NCBI GenBank assembly: GCA_044507735.1
Contig: JBIQJB010000009.1
Coordinates: 8,746-72,745 of the forward strand
Direction: 5' to 3'
DNA: 64,000 bases
Origin: Nitrosopumilales archaeon
Lineage (GTDB): Archaea > Thermoproteota > Nitrososphaeria > Nitrososphaerales > Nitrososphaeraceae
The notes below the pieces were generated by a model. The model was given only the letters and a program-made list of their open reading frames with translations. It was not told where the DNA came from and made no database searches. Positions within the stretch are counted from its first letter, which is position 1. Every line of letters begins with the position of its first letter. Shown in pieces: positions 32,335 to 42,639 of this stretch. The position numbers were made by a program, and so were the translations under genes.

Positions 32335-32347
32335 GTAACTGAGTTAC
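32335..32347. promoter_or_regulatory. palindromic operator GTAAC-N3-GTTAC, copy 1
   Basis: GTAACTGAGTTAC upstream of the cupredoxin gene. Confidence 0.55.
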
Positions 32348-32491
32348 CTGAATACTTATTTGCCCTGCGACATATCTGACTCTTACTACTACTGGCTGTA
32401 GATCGGCACCAGCATCAGCTGCTACTGCACCTGTTGCCATCGCTCGGCCAGACAGTAACTAACAGCATATTCCTATGGCAATTGAGTCAAA

Positions 32492-32803
32492 TTGGTACAT
32501 GCACATCGGGAGAGAATTTACATCAGGAAGGATATAATATTGAAGCTTAACGATTACGGCGAGCTCAATCAAAGCCAGCTCCTGAGCTATTGCGGATTGA
32601 ACAACGTGAAGCACAAGCCGATAATCGACGAGCTGGTAGAAAAGGGACTGATAATTCGGTTCGAGGAACCGTGGGGCGAGCAGAACCGCATAATCAAATA
32701 CAGGGTTTCGGAGAAGGGGAGAGAAATAGTCGCATCGATCCTTGAGCCATACGAGCTATTGTTTCCAAGGAGTGAAAAGGAGAAGCATGAGCACGACAGG
32801 TAA
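32492..32803 (+). CDS. winged-helix transcriptional regulator
   Basis: LNQSQLLSYCGLN...IDELVEKGLI...YRVSEKG. Confidence 0.85.
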   Translation: MVHAHRERIYIRKDIILKLNDYGELNQSQLLSYCGLNNVKHKPIIDELVEKGLIIRFEEPWGEQNRIIKYRVSEKGREIVASILEPYELLFPRSEKEKHEHDR

Positions 32804-32812
32804 CTCTGTTAC
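32800..32812. promoter_or_regulatory. palindromic operator GTAAC-N3-GTTAC, copy 2
   Basis: GTAACTCTGTTAC just upstream of a TTTATAA box. Confidence 0.55.
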
Positions 32813-32847
32813 TGTCCACTTTATAATGGAGAAAAGTGAATCGCTAG

Positions 32848-33237
32848 ATGAGTGACATGACAGATCGCGGCAGCGGTAACCGCAGGAGCGGAACGGCACA
32901 CGAGAACCTGCTTGAGATACTGGACAATGTCATTCACGAGCTGGACTTCACAAAAAAGATGGCAATAATAATGGTTCTCTCGTTTATCATTATCCTGCCC
33001 GTATCTGCCGTTGTTGTGGGCTTGCTGCTGGAGCGAGGCGTTGAAGTTGCGATTGCGCTACCCATAATTGGAGCTGCGGTCTTTCTGGTTTGGCTTGGAG
33101 TTGGCATCCGTCAATGGATCGTCTTTTCAAAGTGGATGCAAAAATACAGGCTGTACAAGGAGCTGCAGAAAAGGCTGGACGAAAGACTGGATTTTGACAG
33201 GGATGATAAGGGCACTGGAGAAGAGCCGCCGCAGTAG
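32848..33237 (+). CDS. two-TM hypothetical membrane protein
   Basis: Two hydrophobic helices, then WLGVGIRQW and a coiled tail. Confidence 0.75.
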   Translation: MSDMTDRGSGNRRSGTAHENLLEILDNVIHELDFTKKMAIIMVLSFIIILPVSAVVVGLLLERGVEVAIALPIIGAAVFLVWLGVGIRQWIVFSKWMQKYRLYKELQKRLDERLDFDRDDKGTGEEPPQ

Positions 33238-33245
33238 TAATTGTT

Positions 33246-34049
33246 TCACAACCTGATCTTGACGCCGCTTCTCTTCAAGTATCTCTTTACTTTGTCGACC
33301 GTCGACTTTTCGTAGTGGAATATCGACGCAGCAAGCGCGGCGTCAACATCCGCCTTGTCAAACACGTCAAGCATGTGCCTGGCGCTTCCGCAGCCGCCAG
33401 AAGCTATCACAGGCACCCTGACTGACTTGCATATTGCCTTTGTAAGCACAATGTCATATCCGTTCTCGGTGCCGTCGGCGTCGATGCTGGTCAAGAGTAT
33501 CTCGCCGGCTCCCCTCTTCTCTACTTCTTTTGCCCACTTTATTGCGTCAAGGCCTGTGCCTTCTTTGCCCCCGTAAATCCTCACCTCAAACCAGAACTTC
33601 TTGCCCTTCTCTCTGAATATCGTCTTGCCCTTTTCGATGTTGTAGTTTCTCTTTGCGTCAATGGCAACCACCACGCATTGCTTTCCAAAGATGGACATCA
33701 ACTGCGTTATCAGTTCCGGGTTCTTGACAGCCGCTGTGTTTATCGAAACCTTGTCGGCGCCGGATAGCAGAATGTCGCGGGCATCTTCCAGCTTTTTGAT
33801 GCCGCCGCCGACTGTGAAGGGGATGTCGATGACGCTTGCCACCTTTCTCACGACGTTCTTCATTGTGTCCCTACCCTGCTGCGATGCCGTGATGTCGAGG
33901 AAAACCAACTCGTCAGCTCCCTGCTCGCTATATTTCTTGGCAAGCCCGACCGGGTCGCCGGCGTCCTTCACCTCTGCAAAGTGGATGCCCTTTACCACCC
34001 TGCCATTGTCTACGTCAAGGCACGGTATTACCCTCTTTGCAAGCGTCAT
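33246..34049 (-). CDS. hisF: imidazole glycerol phosphate synthase, cyclase subunit
   Basis: [11 protein letters not shown] and [13 protein letters not shown]. Confidence 0.98.
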   Translation of the reverse strand: MTLAKRVIPCLDVDNGRVVKGIHFAEVKDAGDPVGLAKKYSEQGADELVFLDITASQQGRDTMKNVVRKVASVIDIPFTVGGGIKKLEDARDILLSGADKVSINTAAVKNPELITQLMSIFGKQCVVVAIDAKRNYNIEKGKTIFREKGKKFWFEVRIYGGKEGTGLDAIKWAKEVEKRGAGEILLTSIDADGTENGYDIVLTKAICKSVRVPVIASGGCGSARHMLDVFDKADVDAALAASIFHYEKSTVDKVKRYLKRSGVKIRL

Positions 34050-34744
34050 GCCAGCGCCTTCGCCCTCTCTACCGTGATCTTGCCGTCATACAGTGCCTTG
34101 CCCAGTATGACAGAGCTGCAGCCAGCGCTTCTGACCTTGACGATGTCATTCAGGCTGGCGATGCCTCCGCTTGCGATTATCCTCGCAGATTTGGCGGCCT
34201 CTGCAAGGGTTTCGACATCAGGTCCCTGCAGCGTGCCGTCCCGCTCGATGCTTGTAAGCAAGAACTCGTCTACGCCCATTACTGAAAACTGGGATATCGC
34301 GTCGGCCACCTTTGTGCCTGTTGACTCTTTCCATCCCTTCACCATAACGTTGCCGCCTATCTGGTCTATCGAGACAACGATCCTGCCGGGATTCTTTTTC
34401 GCAAGCTTTCTTACTGCCTCTGGCTGGTTGTATGCCATGGTGCCGATCACCACCCTTGCCGCCTTTCCAAGCATCTCCTCCGCCTTTTCAGCCGACCTTA
34501 TGCCGCCGGCCACCTGCACGGGGATATTTATCGCCCCAGCTATTGCAGCGACCAATTGCGAGTTGTCCCCGCTTGCGAACGCCGCGTCAAGGTCGACGAT
34601 GTGTAGCATGTCTGCTCCAGCGGCCTCCCACTTTTTCGCCGTTTCAACGGGGTCGCTGCTGTACACGGTCTTGTTTGCAGGGTCTCCCTTGACCAGCCTG
34701 ACTACGCTTCCACCCATGATGTCAACTGCGGCAATGACTCTCAT
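34046..34744 (-). CDS. hisA: ProFAR isomerase
   Basis: [17 protein letters not shown] and DGTLQGPD. Confidence 0.96.
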   Translation of the reverse strand: MRVIAAVDIMGGSVVRLVKGDPANKTVYSSDPVETAKKWEAAGADMLHIVDLDAAFASGDNSQLVAAIAGAINIPVQVAGGIRSAEKAEEMLGKAARVVIGTMAYNQPEAVRKLAKKNPGRIVVSIDQIGGNVMVKGWKESTGTKVADAISQFSVMGVDEFLLTSIERDGTLQGPDVETLAEAAKSARIIASGGIASLNDIVKVRSAGCSSVILGKALYDGKITVERAKALA

Positions 34745-35367
34745 TTTCCACCATTGTCACACATTTTGATAAAGTTCCTGAGCATGACCGCGCCGACTTC
34801 GCCGGACTTTTCTGGGTGGAACTGGACACCAATAAGGTTGCCCTTTTCGATGACTGCCGGGACGCTGACCCCGTAGTCGGAGGTAGCCACCACCAGATTG
34901 CGGTCCTTTGGAGCCGTGCGGTAAGAGTGCACAAAATACACCCACGAGTTGTCCTTGACTCCCTTTAGCAGCTTGCTGTCGCGCTTTATTTGCAGGTTGT
35001 TCCACCCCATGTGCGGGATCTTGACCTTGTTCTTTGGAAGGAGAACCACCTCGCCATCCAATATCTTCAATCCGTCAAGCTTGCCTTCCTCGCTTCTCTC
35101 AAAGAGCATCTCCATGCCAAGGCAAATGCCCATAACTGGCATTCCACCATCTATCGCTCTGCCCAGGTGCTTTGCGCTGTTCTTTATTGATTCTATGGCT
35201 GGGTCAAAGTTGCCTACGCCCGGGAGCACCAGGCCGTCGAACCTGTCAAGGTCCTTCAAGTCATAGATTATCTCGACGCTTTCCGCCCCGTTGCGCTCCA
35301 ATGCTGATTTCAGGCTGAACAGGTTGCCTGCGCCATAATCGAATATCGCTATCTTTGCCAGGTTCAC
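34741..35367 (-). CDS. hisH: imidazole glycerol phosphate synthase, glutaminase subunit
   Basis: DYGAGNL, GICLG and QFHPEKS; GTG start overlaps the hisB stop. Confidence 0.96.
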   Translation of the reverse strand: MNLAKIAIFDYGAGNLFSLKSALERNGAESVEIIYDLKDLDRFDGLVLPGVGNFDPAIESIKNSAKHLGRAIDGGMPVMGICLGMEMLFERSEEGKLDGLKILDGEVVLLPKNKVKIPHMGWNNLQIKRDSKLLKGVKDNSWVYFVHSYRTAPKDRNLVVATSDYGVSVPAVIEKGNLIGVQFHPEKSGEVGAVMLRNFIKMCDNGGK

Positions 35368-35957
35368 ATTGCCCCCTTTGTACTTGGGACTCCCTTCCTC
35401 CTGCTGTCGATGCTTGCTGCCATACGAAGCGCCACGGCAAACGCCTTGAGCGCAGCTTCGACCTTGTGGTGGTCGTTGTCGCCATATTGCACTACCATGT
35501 GCGTGCACGCATTCAGGTTTTGCACAAGCGACCTTGAAAAGTGCTCAAGGTCTTCCCTTGGCATTCCCTCTATGCTGTCGCGGGTCAGCATTAGCTCTAC
35601 CTTCTGGTACGGTCGTTTTACCAGATCAATTGACGCGTATGCAAGCGCTTCGTCCATCGGGATCAGCGCATATCCAAACCTTGCAATCCTTTCCCGCTCG
35701 CCCAGTGCCTTGTCTATTGTCTGGGCCAGCGCAATGGCAACGTCTTCTGCAAGGTGGTGGATTATGCCGTCGTTTGACTTGCCATTTAGCGTGATGTCTA
35801 TCATGGCGTGCTTGCCGATCGAGGTGACAAGGTGGTCGATAAATGAAAGGCCGGTCTTGATGTTTGTCTTGCCCGTGCCATCAATGTTGACCTGCACGGT
35901 GACTGCAGTTTCTTTTGTTTCCCTCTCGATCCTCGCCCTTCTTGGACCAGCCAACAT
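35364..35957 (-). CDS. hisB: imidazoleglycerol-phosphate dehydratase
   Basis: RETKET, HHLAED, PMDEAL and NDHHKVE. Confidence 0.97.
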   Translation of the reverse strand: MLAGPRRARIERETKETAVTVQVNIDGTGKTNIKTGLSFIDHLVTSIGKHAMIDITLNGKSNDGIIHHLAEDVAIALAQTIDKALGERERIARFGYALIPMDEALAYASIDLVKRPYQKVELMLTRDSIEGMPREDLEHFSRSLVQNLNACTHMVVQYGDNDHHKVEAALKAFAVALRMAASIDSRRKGVPSTKGAM

Positions 35958-35960
35958 CTG

Positions 35961-36917
35961 TTAAGCAGCCAGTACCTTATTTATCGTGTTCGGTAACTGG
36001 TTGACGCTCTTTGCGATGGCCTCAACTCCCTCTCGCTTGAACTGCGCCACGGTGTTTGATGGGTTTGGGCTGTTGCCATAAATGCCGACGAATGCTATCT
36101 TCACGCCCCCTTCTTTCTCGGCCCGCCTTGCCATCAGGAGGTCTTCTACCGAGTCGCCGGCATACACGGCGGTCCTTGCATCCATTACGTCCATCGCCCG
36201 CCAGATGGCATATGGGTTCGGCTTGGCGTATTCACGCTTTTCGTCTTCGAGGAAGACGCAGGCGTCCAAATTGAAATATTTCATCACCGGCTTGAGCGAA
36301 TACTCGGCCGCAAGCCTGCTTCTTCCAGATACTATTGCAAGGTTGCCGCCAAACATTTCATGGAGCTTTTTCATTGTCTTGCCGGTTACCGAAATCCTGT
36401 CGTTCTTGATGAGCGGCTTGTTGCCCCTTTTCCAGTATTTTGGCTCTAGATTGTTCTGCTTCCTAAAGAGCTCGGGGCCGTAAAATAGCTCGTCAAACAC
36501 CCTTGCAAGGATGCTTTCCTTAACAGGCGCGGGGTAGTTCAACTGCTTTTTCCACTTTTCAATATCATAGCGTTCAGAGAGGAACTTTTCAACCGACGGA
36601 TACCCGCTCTCGTCAGCGTTTTCTGCCACTTGTGCCAGGAATTTTCTTCCCTCAGTAATGTTCTTTGGAGCACGGGCGAGCATTGCAAGCGTTATTGCAT
36701 ATGTCGTATCTGTGTCGTTGTTAAAGCCGCCCCTCAGCCTGAACTTTAAGATGATCTGGTCTGTGACCAGGTTTCGATATAGTGATGATGAAGAAGAAGA
36801 CGTCTTGCCTCCTATGGACTTGAGCATGTATTCCACAGTCTTTTTGATTGCGGCGTTGTACGATTTGCGTATATCTACAAGGACGCCATCAATATCAAAG
36901 AGCGCACAGTTGTACAT
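35961..36917 (-). CDS. HAD-family hydrolase, probable histidinol-phosphate phosphatase
   Basis: FDIDGVL, KPNP and GDSVED; located inside the his operon. Confidence 0.85.
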   Translation of the reverse strand: MYNCALFDIDGVLVDIRKSYNAAIKKTVEYMLKSIGGKTSSSSSSLYRNLVTDQIILKFRLRGGFNNDTDTTYAITLAMLARAPKNITEGRKFLAQVAENADESGYPSVEKFLSERYDIEKWKKQLNYPAPVKESILARVFDELFYGPELFRKQNNLEPKYWKRGNKPLIKNDRISVTGKTMKKLHEMFGGNLAIVSGRSRLAAEYSLKPVMKYFNLDACVFLEDEKREYAKPNPYAIWRAMDVMDARTAVYAGDSVEDLLMARRAEKEGGVKIAFVGIYGNSPNPSNTVAQFKREGVEAIAKSVNQLPNTINKVLAA

Positions 36918-37984
36918 CAGGCAGAGAACCCTTCTTCAATGCTCTGAAGGAACTTATCATTCATTTCCCTGGTGCCTATCGTCACTCTCATGCAGCCCCT
37001 GTGGCCTGCGATGTTGCCAAGCATCTTGACCACTATTCCGTTGCTTTGCAGGGCCCCTGAGATATGCTGGTAGCGTTTGCCAGTTTCGATAAAGAGAAAG
37101 TTGGCGTCTGACTGGAACACCCTGATGCCTTCAAGCCTCGATAGCTTGTCGTACACCCTGTCCCTTTCGCTTCTTATGGTTCTGATCGTCTGCATTACGT
37201 GGTCTGCGCGAGCCAGGACGCTGGACGCGATAGCAAGTGAAAGCGTGCTGATCGGATACGGCGACTGTATGACAGATCTGAAGGTGCGGATGAATTTCCT
37301 GTTCGCCACCATGTAGCCTACCCTTGCGCCGGCGAGACCGTATGCCTTTGAGAGCGTGCGAAGCACTATTACATTGCTGCGTTTAGTCGCGTCTTCAGAA
37401 AGAGAGTAGTCTGCAAAGTCGACATAGGCCTCGTCCACGAGGATCAGCTTGCCTCTGAGCGAATCGACAATCTCGATCACAGTCTCCTTGTCTATCTGGT
37501 TGCCAGTAGGGTTGTTTGGCGAGCAGATGTATACAAGATCCGATTTCCTTGCGCTCTTTACAAACGCCCTCTTGTCAAGCGTAAAGTCTCGTGATAATGG
37601 CACCTGGTCGACCTTTATGCCATGCAACTCGCATCTGTTTATGAAATAAGAGAAAGTGGGCGCAAATACTGTCGCCCGCCTGCTCCCAAGCGTGGAGAGG
37701 AGAAGCTCGATTACCTGGTCCGACCCGCTGCCGGCCGCAATGCACTCTTGGTCAACGCCTGCATACTCTGCAAGCTGTGAATAAAGCTGTTCGAGCTGGT
37801 CAAGGGGATATTCCCTCAGGTCAACCTTCTGCGCAGCCTCGGCGGCAATGCCCGTGACAAACTGTCTGTCAAGCGCAAAATTCTCATTCGAGTCCAGCTT
37901 TATTGCGCCTTCGACCTTTTCGGGCTTGACGTAGTGGCCAAGCTTGGCGATCCTTTTCACCGAATCTTCAAAGCTATTCTTCAT
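36917..37984 (-). CDS. hisC: histidinol-phosphate aminotransferase
   Basis: LDSNEN, PNNPTG, DEAY and RTLSKAYGLAGARVGY. Confidence 0.96.
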   Translation of the reverse strand: MKNSFEDSVKRIAKLGHYVKPEKVEGAIKLDSNENFALDRQFVTGIAAEAAQKVDLREYPLDQLEQLYSQLAEYAGVDQECIAAGSGSDQVIELLLSTLGSRRATVFAPTFSYFINRCELHGIKVDQVPLSRDFTLDKRAFVKSARKSDLVYICSPNNPTGNQIDKETVIEIVDSLRGKLILVDEAYVDFADYSLSEDATKRSNVIVLRTLSKAYGLAGARVGYMVANRKFIRTFRSVIQSPYPISTLSLAIASSVLARADHVMQTIRTIRSERDRVYDKLSRLEGIRVFQSDANFLFIETGKRYQHISGALQSNGIVVKMLGNIAGHRGCMRVTIGTREMNDKFLQSIEEGFSA

Positions 37985-39290
37985 CTTCTTCTTCTTCGTT
38001 GCCTTCATTCTCCTCATGCCTCGCCCTCACTGCTTCGTAGTGGTTCAGCAATCCTTCTGCCGACGTCATTTCCCTGACCGCCCTGTCCACTTTTGCGAGT
38101 CCTGCCCTTGTCACCCTGACCTTGTTTACTATCTTGACAAAGTCAAGCACAGAGAGCGATGCGCGGGACTTGCCAAATCCAAGTGTCGGAAGCACATGAT
38201 TTGACCCGAGTAAATAGTCGCTTGCGGACGACGGCGCATACTGGCCTATCAGCACAAGCCCTGCAGAGTGCACCTTCTTTGCTACCGATTCTGCGTTCCT
38301 GCCAATTATCTCGAGGTGCTCTGGCGCAAACTCGTTGACAAAGTCGATGCAGGCATTTTCGTTCTTGCAGATGGCAACAAAGCCATTGTTCCCTAGACTC
38401 GACTTCACAATGTCTGCGCGGGTTATCCTTTCAACCATCGAAAGCACCTGCTCCTGCACCTGCCGTGCAAGCTTTTCACTTGACGTCACAAGCCCGCAGA
38501 TCGTATCTGAGCTGTGCTCCGCCTGCGAGATCAGATCCACCGCAACCAGGCGTGGGTCGGCGGATGCGTCGGCATAGATCAAAAGCTCTGTCGGGCCAGC
38601 CACCATGTCAGTTGAAACAGAGCCGGACGCGATCAGCTTTGCAGCTGTGACAAACATTCCGCCAGGCCCTACTATCTTACTCACCGGCTTTATCGACTGC
38701 GTGCCATACGCAAGAGCCGCAATGCCTTGCGCGCCTCCCATCTTGTAAAATTCGTCGACACCGCAGACGTCTGCTGCGACGAGTGTTAGCGGGTCAATAG
38801 TTCCGTCCTTTCTTGGAGGCGATGCTGCCACCACTCTCTTGACGCCTGCAACCTTGGCCGGCACCGCGCACATTACCACCGTGCTCGGGTAGCGGGCCTT
38901 GCCTCCGGGAATGTAACAGCCAACGCTCGCCACTGGCCTAACCACTTTGTCTATCTTGACCCCCTCGGACGACACCGCGATGCCCTTTAGGCGGCGAAAC
39001 ACTGCAAGCTCGCTCTTCAAAAGCTTCTGCTTCATGAGCTTGACTGCCTTGACCTGCTCCTTTGTGACCTGGCTATATGCCTGCCTTATCTCCTGCTTAC
39101 TCACCAGGAGCGAGCCAGGCCTGACTCCGTCGAATTTTGCGGTGTAATCAAGAACCGCCTGGTCGCCGTGCTGAGCGACATCCTTCATTATGGCCATGGC
39201 ATCTGCAAAAAGCGAGTCTGGGATTGCGCTTGCCTTGCGAAGTCGCGAGGCCTCGGCTGCCGGATCTGAAACACTGAGAATCCTTATCAA
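37974..39290 (-). CDS. hisD: histidinol dehydrogenase
   Basis: YIPGG, AGPTE, QAEH, APEHL and GSNHVLPT. Confidence 0.97.
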   Translation of the reverse strand: MIRILSVSDPAAEASRLRKASAIPDSLFADAMAIMKDVAQHGDQAVLDYTAKFDGVRPGSLLVSKQEIRQAYSQVTKEQVKAVKLMKQKLLKSELAVFRRLKGIAVSSEGVKIDKVVRPVASVGCYIPGGKARYPSTVVMCAVPAKVAGVKRVVAASPPRKDGTIDPLTLVAADVCGVDEFYKMGGAQGIAALAYGTQSIKPVSKIVGPGGMFVTAAKLIASGSVSTDMVAGPTELLIYADASADPRLVAVDLISQAEHSSDTICGLVTSSEKLARQVQEQVLSMVERITRADIVKSSLGNNGFVAICKNENACIDFVNEFAPEHLEIIGRNAESVAKKVHSAGLVLIGQYAPSSASDYLLGSNHVLPTLGFGKSRASLSVLDFVKIVNKVRVTRAGLAKVDRAVREMTSAEGLLNHYEAVRARHEENEGNEEEEDEE

Positions 39291-40264
39291 GAATATCCGT
39301 CCAAGTTTATCTCGTCAAGTGGCAGTATCTGCTTTGGCTCAAGCACCACCAAACCCTGAGCCAGCTTTCTCATCCTGGGCACTATTCTGATAAACTCGTT
39401 CTTGTCGATCACCGTGTTGACGCCGTACCAGCCCTCTTCTGATAGCGGGCTGATAGTGGGCCTCTTGAGGGCAGGCAATTCCTTCAACAGATTCTGAAGG
39501 TTCTCCTTCCTGACATTAACAAAGATGTGCAGCTTTTTCCTTCCCTCGACTACGCCCCTCATGAGCGCTATCATGTCTGCAATCTTTTCGCGCTTGGCAG
39601 GGTCCTTCAGCGCCTTCTTGTTTGCCACAAGAACAGCCGTTGATTCGGCCACTGTGTCGATTATCTTGAGGTTGTTCTGGGCAAGAGTCGTACCTGTCTC
39701 TGTAATGTCAAAAATGGCATCTACGTCCTCTGGTGGCTTGGCCTCTGTAGCGCCAAACGAGAGGAATATCTCTACCTTCTTGTTCTCGCCAAGCCTCAGC
39801 CAAGGCGTGATTATCATGGGGTCGGCATTTCCAAATGCATTCTTGTATGCGGCGTTTGACTTGAAGTGCCTCGAAGTTGTAGTAAGGTATTCGGAGGAAA
39901 CCCTCAGCGTCCTCCCTGACTTGGCAAAGTCTGCGATCATCTCGTCCAGGTTCTTGTAAGGAAAGCTTGACGGGACCGCTATCACCTGCTTGACGCGCCC
40001 AATTTCCAAGTCAAGCAATATCTCTACATCTGCGGTTGCCTCGAGAATCCAGTCTCTGCCTGTTATGCCTACATCGTAAAAGCCTTCCTGGACATAGGTC
40101 GGGATTTCTTGAGGTCTCAATATCTTGACGTCGATTTCCGGGTCGCCAAGCTTCACTCTATAGGTGCGACCCCTGCCGCTGACCTGCTGCCACGCCTGTT
40201 CCAGCAGCCTGAAAGTGACTTCCTCAATGCTCCCCTTTGGGACTGCAAATTTTACAGTAGGCAT
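39287..40264 (-). CDS. hisG: ATP phosphoribosyltransferase (long form)
   Basis: AVPKG, GATE and DITETGTTL. Confidence 0.96.
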   Translation of the reverse strand: MPTVKFAVPKGSIEEVTFRLLEQAWQQVSGRGRTYRVKLGDPEIDVKILRPQEIPTYVQEGFYDVGITGRDWILEATADVEILLDLEIGRVKQVIAVPSSFPYKNLDEMIADFAKSGRTLRVSSEYLTTTSRHFKSNAAYKNAFGNADPMIITPWLRLGENKKVEIFLSFGATEAKPPEDVDAIFDITETGTTLAQNNLKIIDTVAESTAVLVANKKALKDPAKREKIADMIALMRGVVEGRKKLHIFVNVRKENLQNLLKELPALKRPTISPLSEEGWYGVNTVIDKNEFIRIVPRMRKLAQGLVVLEPKQILPLDEINLDGYS

Positions 40265-40301
40265 CGATAGCTATCAGCAAGGAGTTTTACAGGATATATA
40301 T

Positions 40302-41426
40302 CTACTTGCTGAATTTTCGGTTGTGCAGCCTCATGTGGCCTGCCTGGATGCCTTCAGCGGAAAGTGCCCTTATTGCGGCGAGGTTCTGCGCAAGGCCAGC
40401 TGCAGCCATTGTCATTGCTAGCTCCTTTGCACTCTTTGCGCCCAAGATCTGGAGTGCAAGCTTGGCAGTCGGGTGAGCATTGACCACGCCGCCGACGGTT
40501 CCTACTGCAAGCGGTAGCTCGATTTCGCCCGCAAGGTCGCCTTCTTCGGTCCTGCGCCATCTGGTAAGCGAGCGGTAAGTCCCGCTCCTTGCCGCATAAG
40601 CGTGGGCGCCGGCTTCAATAGCCCTAAAGTCCTGACCTGTCGCAAGTGCGACTGCATCAATGCCGTTCATGACGCCCTTGTTGTGAGTCACTGCCCTGTA
40701 AACATCAGAATGCGCAAGTGCGTAGGCGTACAGTATCCTCTTCACTACCTGGCTTCCGCCCAGCTCGTCTTTGTCAAAGACGGCCGTGCATCTGACCATC
40801 CTTCTTGTCGCATAGTTGGACAGTATTTTTAGAACGACTTCGCCGCCAGTGATCTCTGCTATCTTTGGCGCCATCGCCTCGCACATTGTGTTTATCGCGT
40901 TTGCTCCCATCGCATCCTTTGTGTCGACAACGACTTCTACTATCAGCATGCTGCCCATCTTGTTCGGGCTTGAATCGCGAAGCAGCCTGGCCTTCAGGTC
41001 AACTGCAGTAACTGATCTGCTCTTTGAATTGGCAATTGCGAGCAGCTGCTTCTTGTTCCTGATGACTTTTTGCATCGCGCTCTTTGTGGCGGCCCCAACT
41101 ACCTGCACCTGGCCTATCATGAGTGAATCGTCTGCCTCCGCAGTAAAGCCGCCATTCGCCTTGGCAATCTTGGCGGCCTTGCTGGCTGCAGCAATCACTG
41201 ATGGCTCTTCTATGGCCATGGGCACTAAACACTCCTTGCCGTTTATCACAAAATTAGTCGCAATACCCATTGGCACTGACATGATGCCTATGGCATTCTC
41301 TACCATCTTGTTTGCATCTTCAAAGGAAAGCGGCCTGAGCATCAATTCAACGTCCGCAACGCCTGTCACCTTCCTCAGGTATTCCAGGCGCTCTTCCCTG
41401 CTCATTTCATAGAACTTTTGGGTCAT
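40302..41426 (-). CDS. hmgA: HMG-CoA reductase (class II type)
   Basis: ENAIG, EEPSVIAA, DAMGAN, THNKGVMNG and GIQAGHM. Confidence 0.95.
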   Translation of the reverse strand: MTQKFYEMSREERLEYLRKVTGVADVELMLRPLSFEDANKMVENAIGIMSVPMGIATNFVINGKECLVPMAIEEPSVIAAASKAAKIAKANGGFTAEADDSLMIGQVQVVGAATKSAMQKVIRNKKQLLAIANSKSRSVTAVDLKARLLRDSSPNKMGSMLIVEVVVDTKDAMGANAINTMCEAMAPKIAEITGGEVVLKILSNYATRRMVRCTAVFDKDELGGSQVVKRILYAYALAHSDVYRAVTHNKGVMNGIDAVALATGQDFRAIEAGAHAYAARSGTYRSLTRWRRTEEGDLAGEIELPLAVGTVGGVVNAHPTAKLALQILGAKSAKELAMTMAAAGLAQNLAAIRALSAEGIQAGHMRLHNRKFSK

Positions 41427-41440
41427 TCGTTGATTTCACG

Positions 41441-42544
41441 CTACTGTGGAGTTATGATCCTTAAAATCTTGTCATCGCTGCTGTCCGGGATTGCCCTGCC
41501 GTCCCTGTTGCTGGTAGCCACATATAGCGAGCCGTCAGCACCCTCAACCACGTCGCGGATACGGCCAAAGCCCGTCAGCACGTTGTTTCCGCTTCCATCT
41601 TGGTCGATGTGCCTTAGCTGCTGTCCCTTCAGGGCAGCCAGAATGATGTCGTTCTGGTAGCCGAGCGTGTCGTGTGCCGGGATGGCAATTCCTGCAGGCG
41701 CTATCGCCGGGTTGAAGCAGTGAACTGGCTTTTCAAAGCGCTCGGCGGCGCAGCCCTCTATGGGCCAGCCGTAGTTGGCGCCGGGCTTGATAATGTTCAC
41801 TTCGTCGTTGCCCTCAGGACCGTGCTCGCTTGCATACAGCTCGCCGGTGACCGGGTGCCATGTCAGCCCCTGTATGTTGCGGTGACCATACGAATACACC
41901 GGAGAGCCTTCAAATGGGTTGTCGTCTGGGATGGTGCCGTCCGGGTTCAGCCGCAGTATCTTGCCTGCCAGCGAATTGGCGTTCTGCGCAAGTTCCGGCT
42001 GCCGCGCGTCGCCCGTTGCAATGTACAGCTTGCCATCAGGGCCGAATTTGATCCTGCCTCCGTCGTTCCCATTGGCCGCCGGGATTCCGTCGATTATCAC
42101 CTTCGATTCTACTATCTTGTTGTCCCTTTCAGTCAGCATCAGCACCTTGTTAAAGACATTCGAGCCGTTAGAGTAGGTGTGGTAGACATAGAGCAGATGG
42201 TTCTCTTCAAAATCCGGGTGAAGAGCGAGGCCAAGCAGCCCTGATTCGCCATTCTGTGCAACATTGATAAACGCTGCAGGCTCGAGGAGCGTTCCATTTT
42301 CAATTATTCTTATCTTGCCGGACCTCTCTGTGAAGAATATGCGCCCATCTTCTGCGATGTCTATCGCCCAGGGCACTTCAAGGTTATCTGCCAGCACTCT
42401 CACGCCTGACCTGCTATTGTTTCCGCCAGAACCTGGTTCCGGTATTGGAAGTGTAGTCTGGGAAGGGGTATAGAGGGCAGTGGTAATCGCGGCCGCCACT
42501 ACTATTGCTGCAGCCACAATAACAAGCCGCCGCTCCTTATCCAT
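41441..42544 (-). CDS. PQQ-dependent glucose/sorbosone dehydrogenase family protein, membrane-anchored
   Basis: GLLGLALHPDF, GGRIKFGPDG and YGHRNIQG. Confidence 0.92.
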   Translation of the reverse strand: MDKERRLVIVAAAIVVAAAITTALYTPSQTTLPIPEPGSGGNNSRSGVRVLADNLEVPWAIDIAEDGRIFFTERSGKIRIIENGTLLEPAAFINVAQNGESGLLGLALHPDFEENHLLYVYHTYSNGSNVFNKVLMLTERDNKIVESKVIIDGIPAANGNDGGRIKFGPDGKLYIATGDARQPELAQNANSLAGKILRLNPDGTIPDDNPFEGSPVYSYGHRNIQGLTWHPVTGELYASEHGPEGNDEVNIIKPGANYGWPIEGCAAERFEKPVHCFNPAIAPAGIAIPAHDTLGYQNDIILAALKGQQLRHIDQDGSGNNVLTGFGRIRDVVEGADGSLYVATSNRDGRAIPDSSDDKILRIITPQ

Positions 42545-42639
42545 GGATATGTTGTCTGATATTCAAGACGCATTATAACCTATTGTCTTCTTGCAAAATG
42601 TGAATGTTTAAAATACGAAGACCAAGACTGTCTAGTGAG

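Noticed and set aside
37974-38017. Lys-rich N-terminal extension of HisC
   Set aside because: It arises from the (GAA)n acidic tail of hisD read in another frame; ATG 37984 is the simpler start
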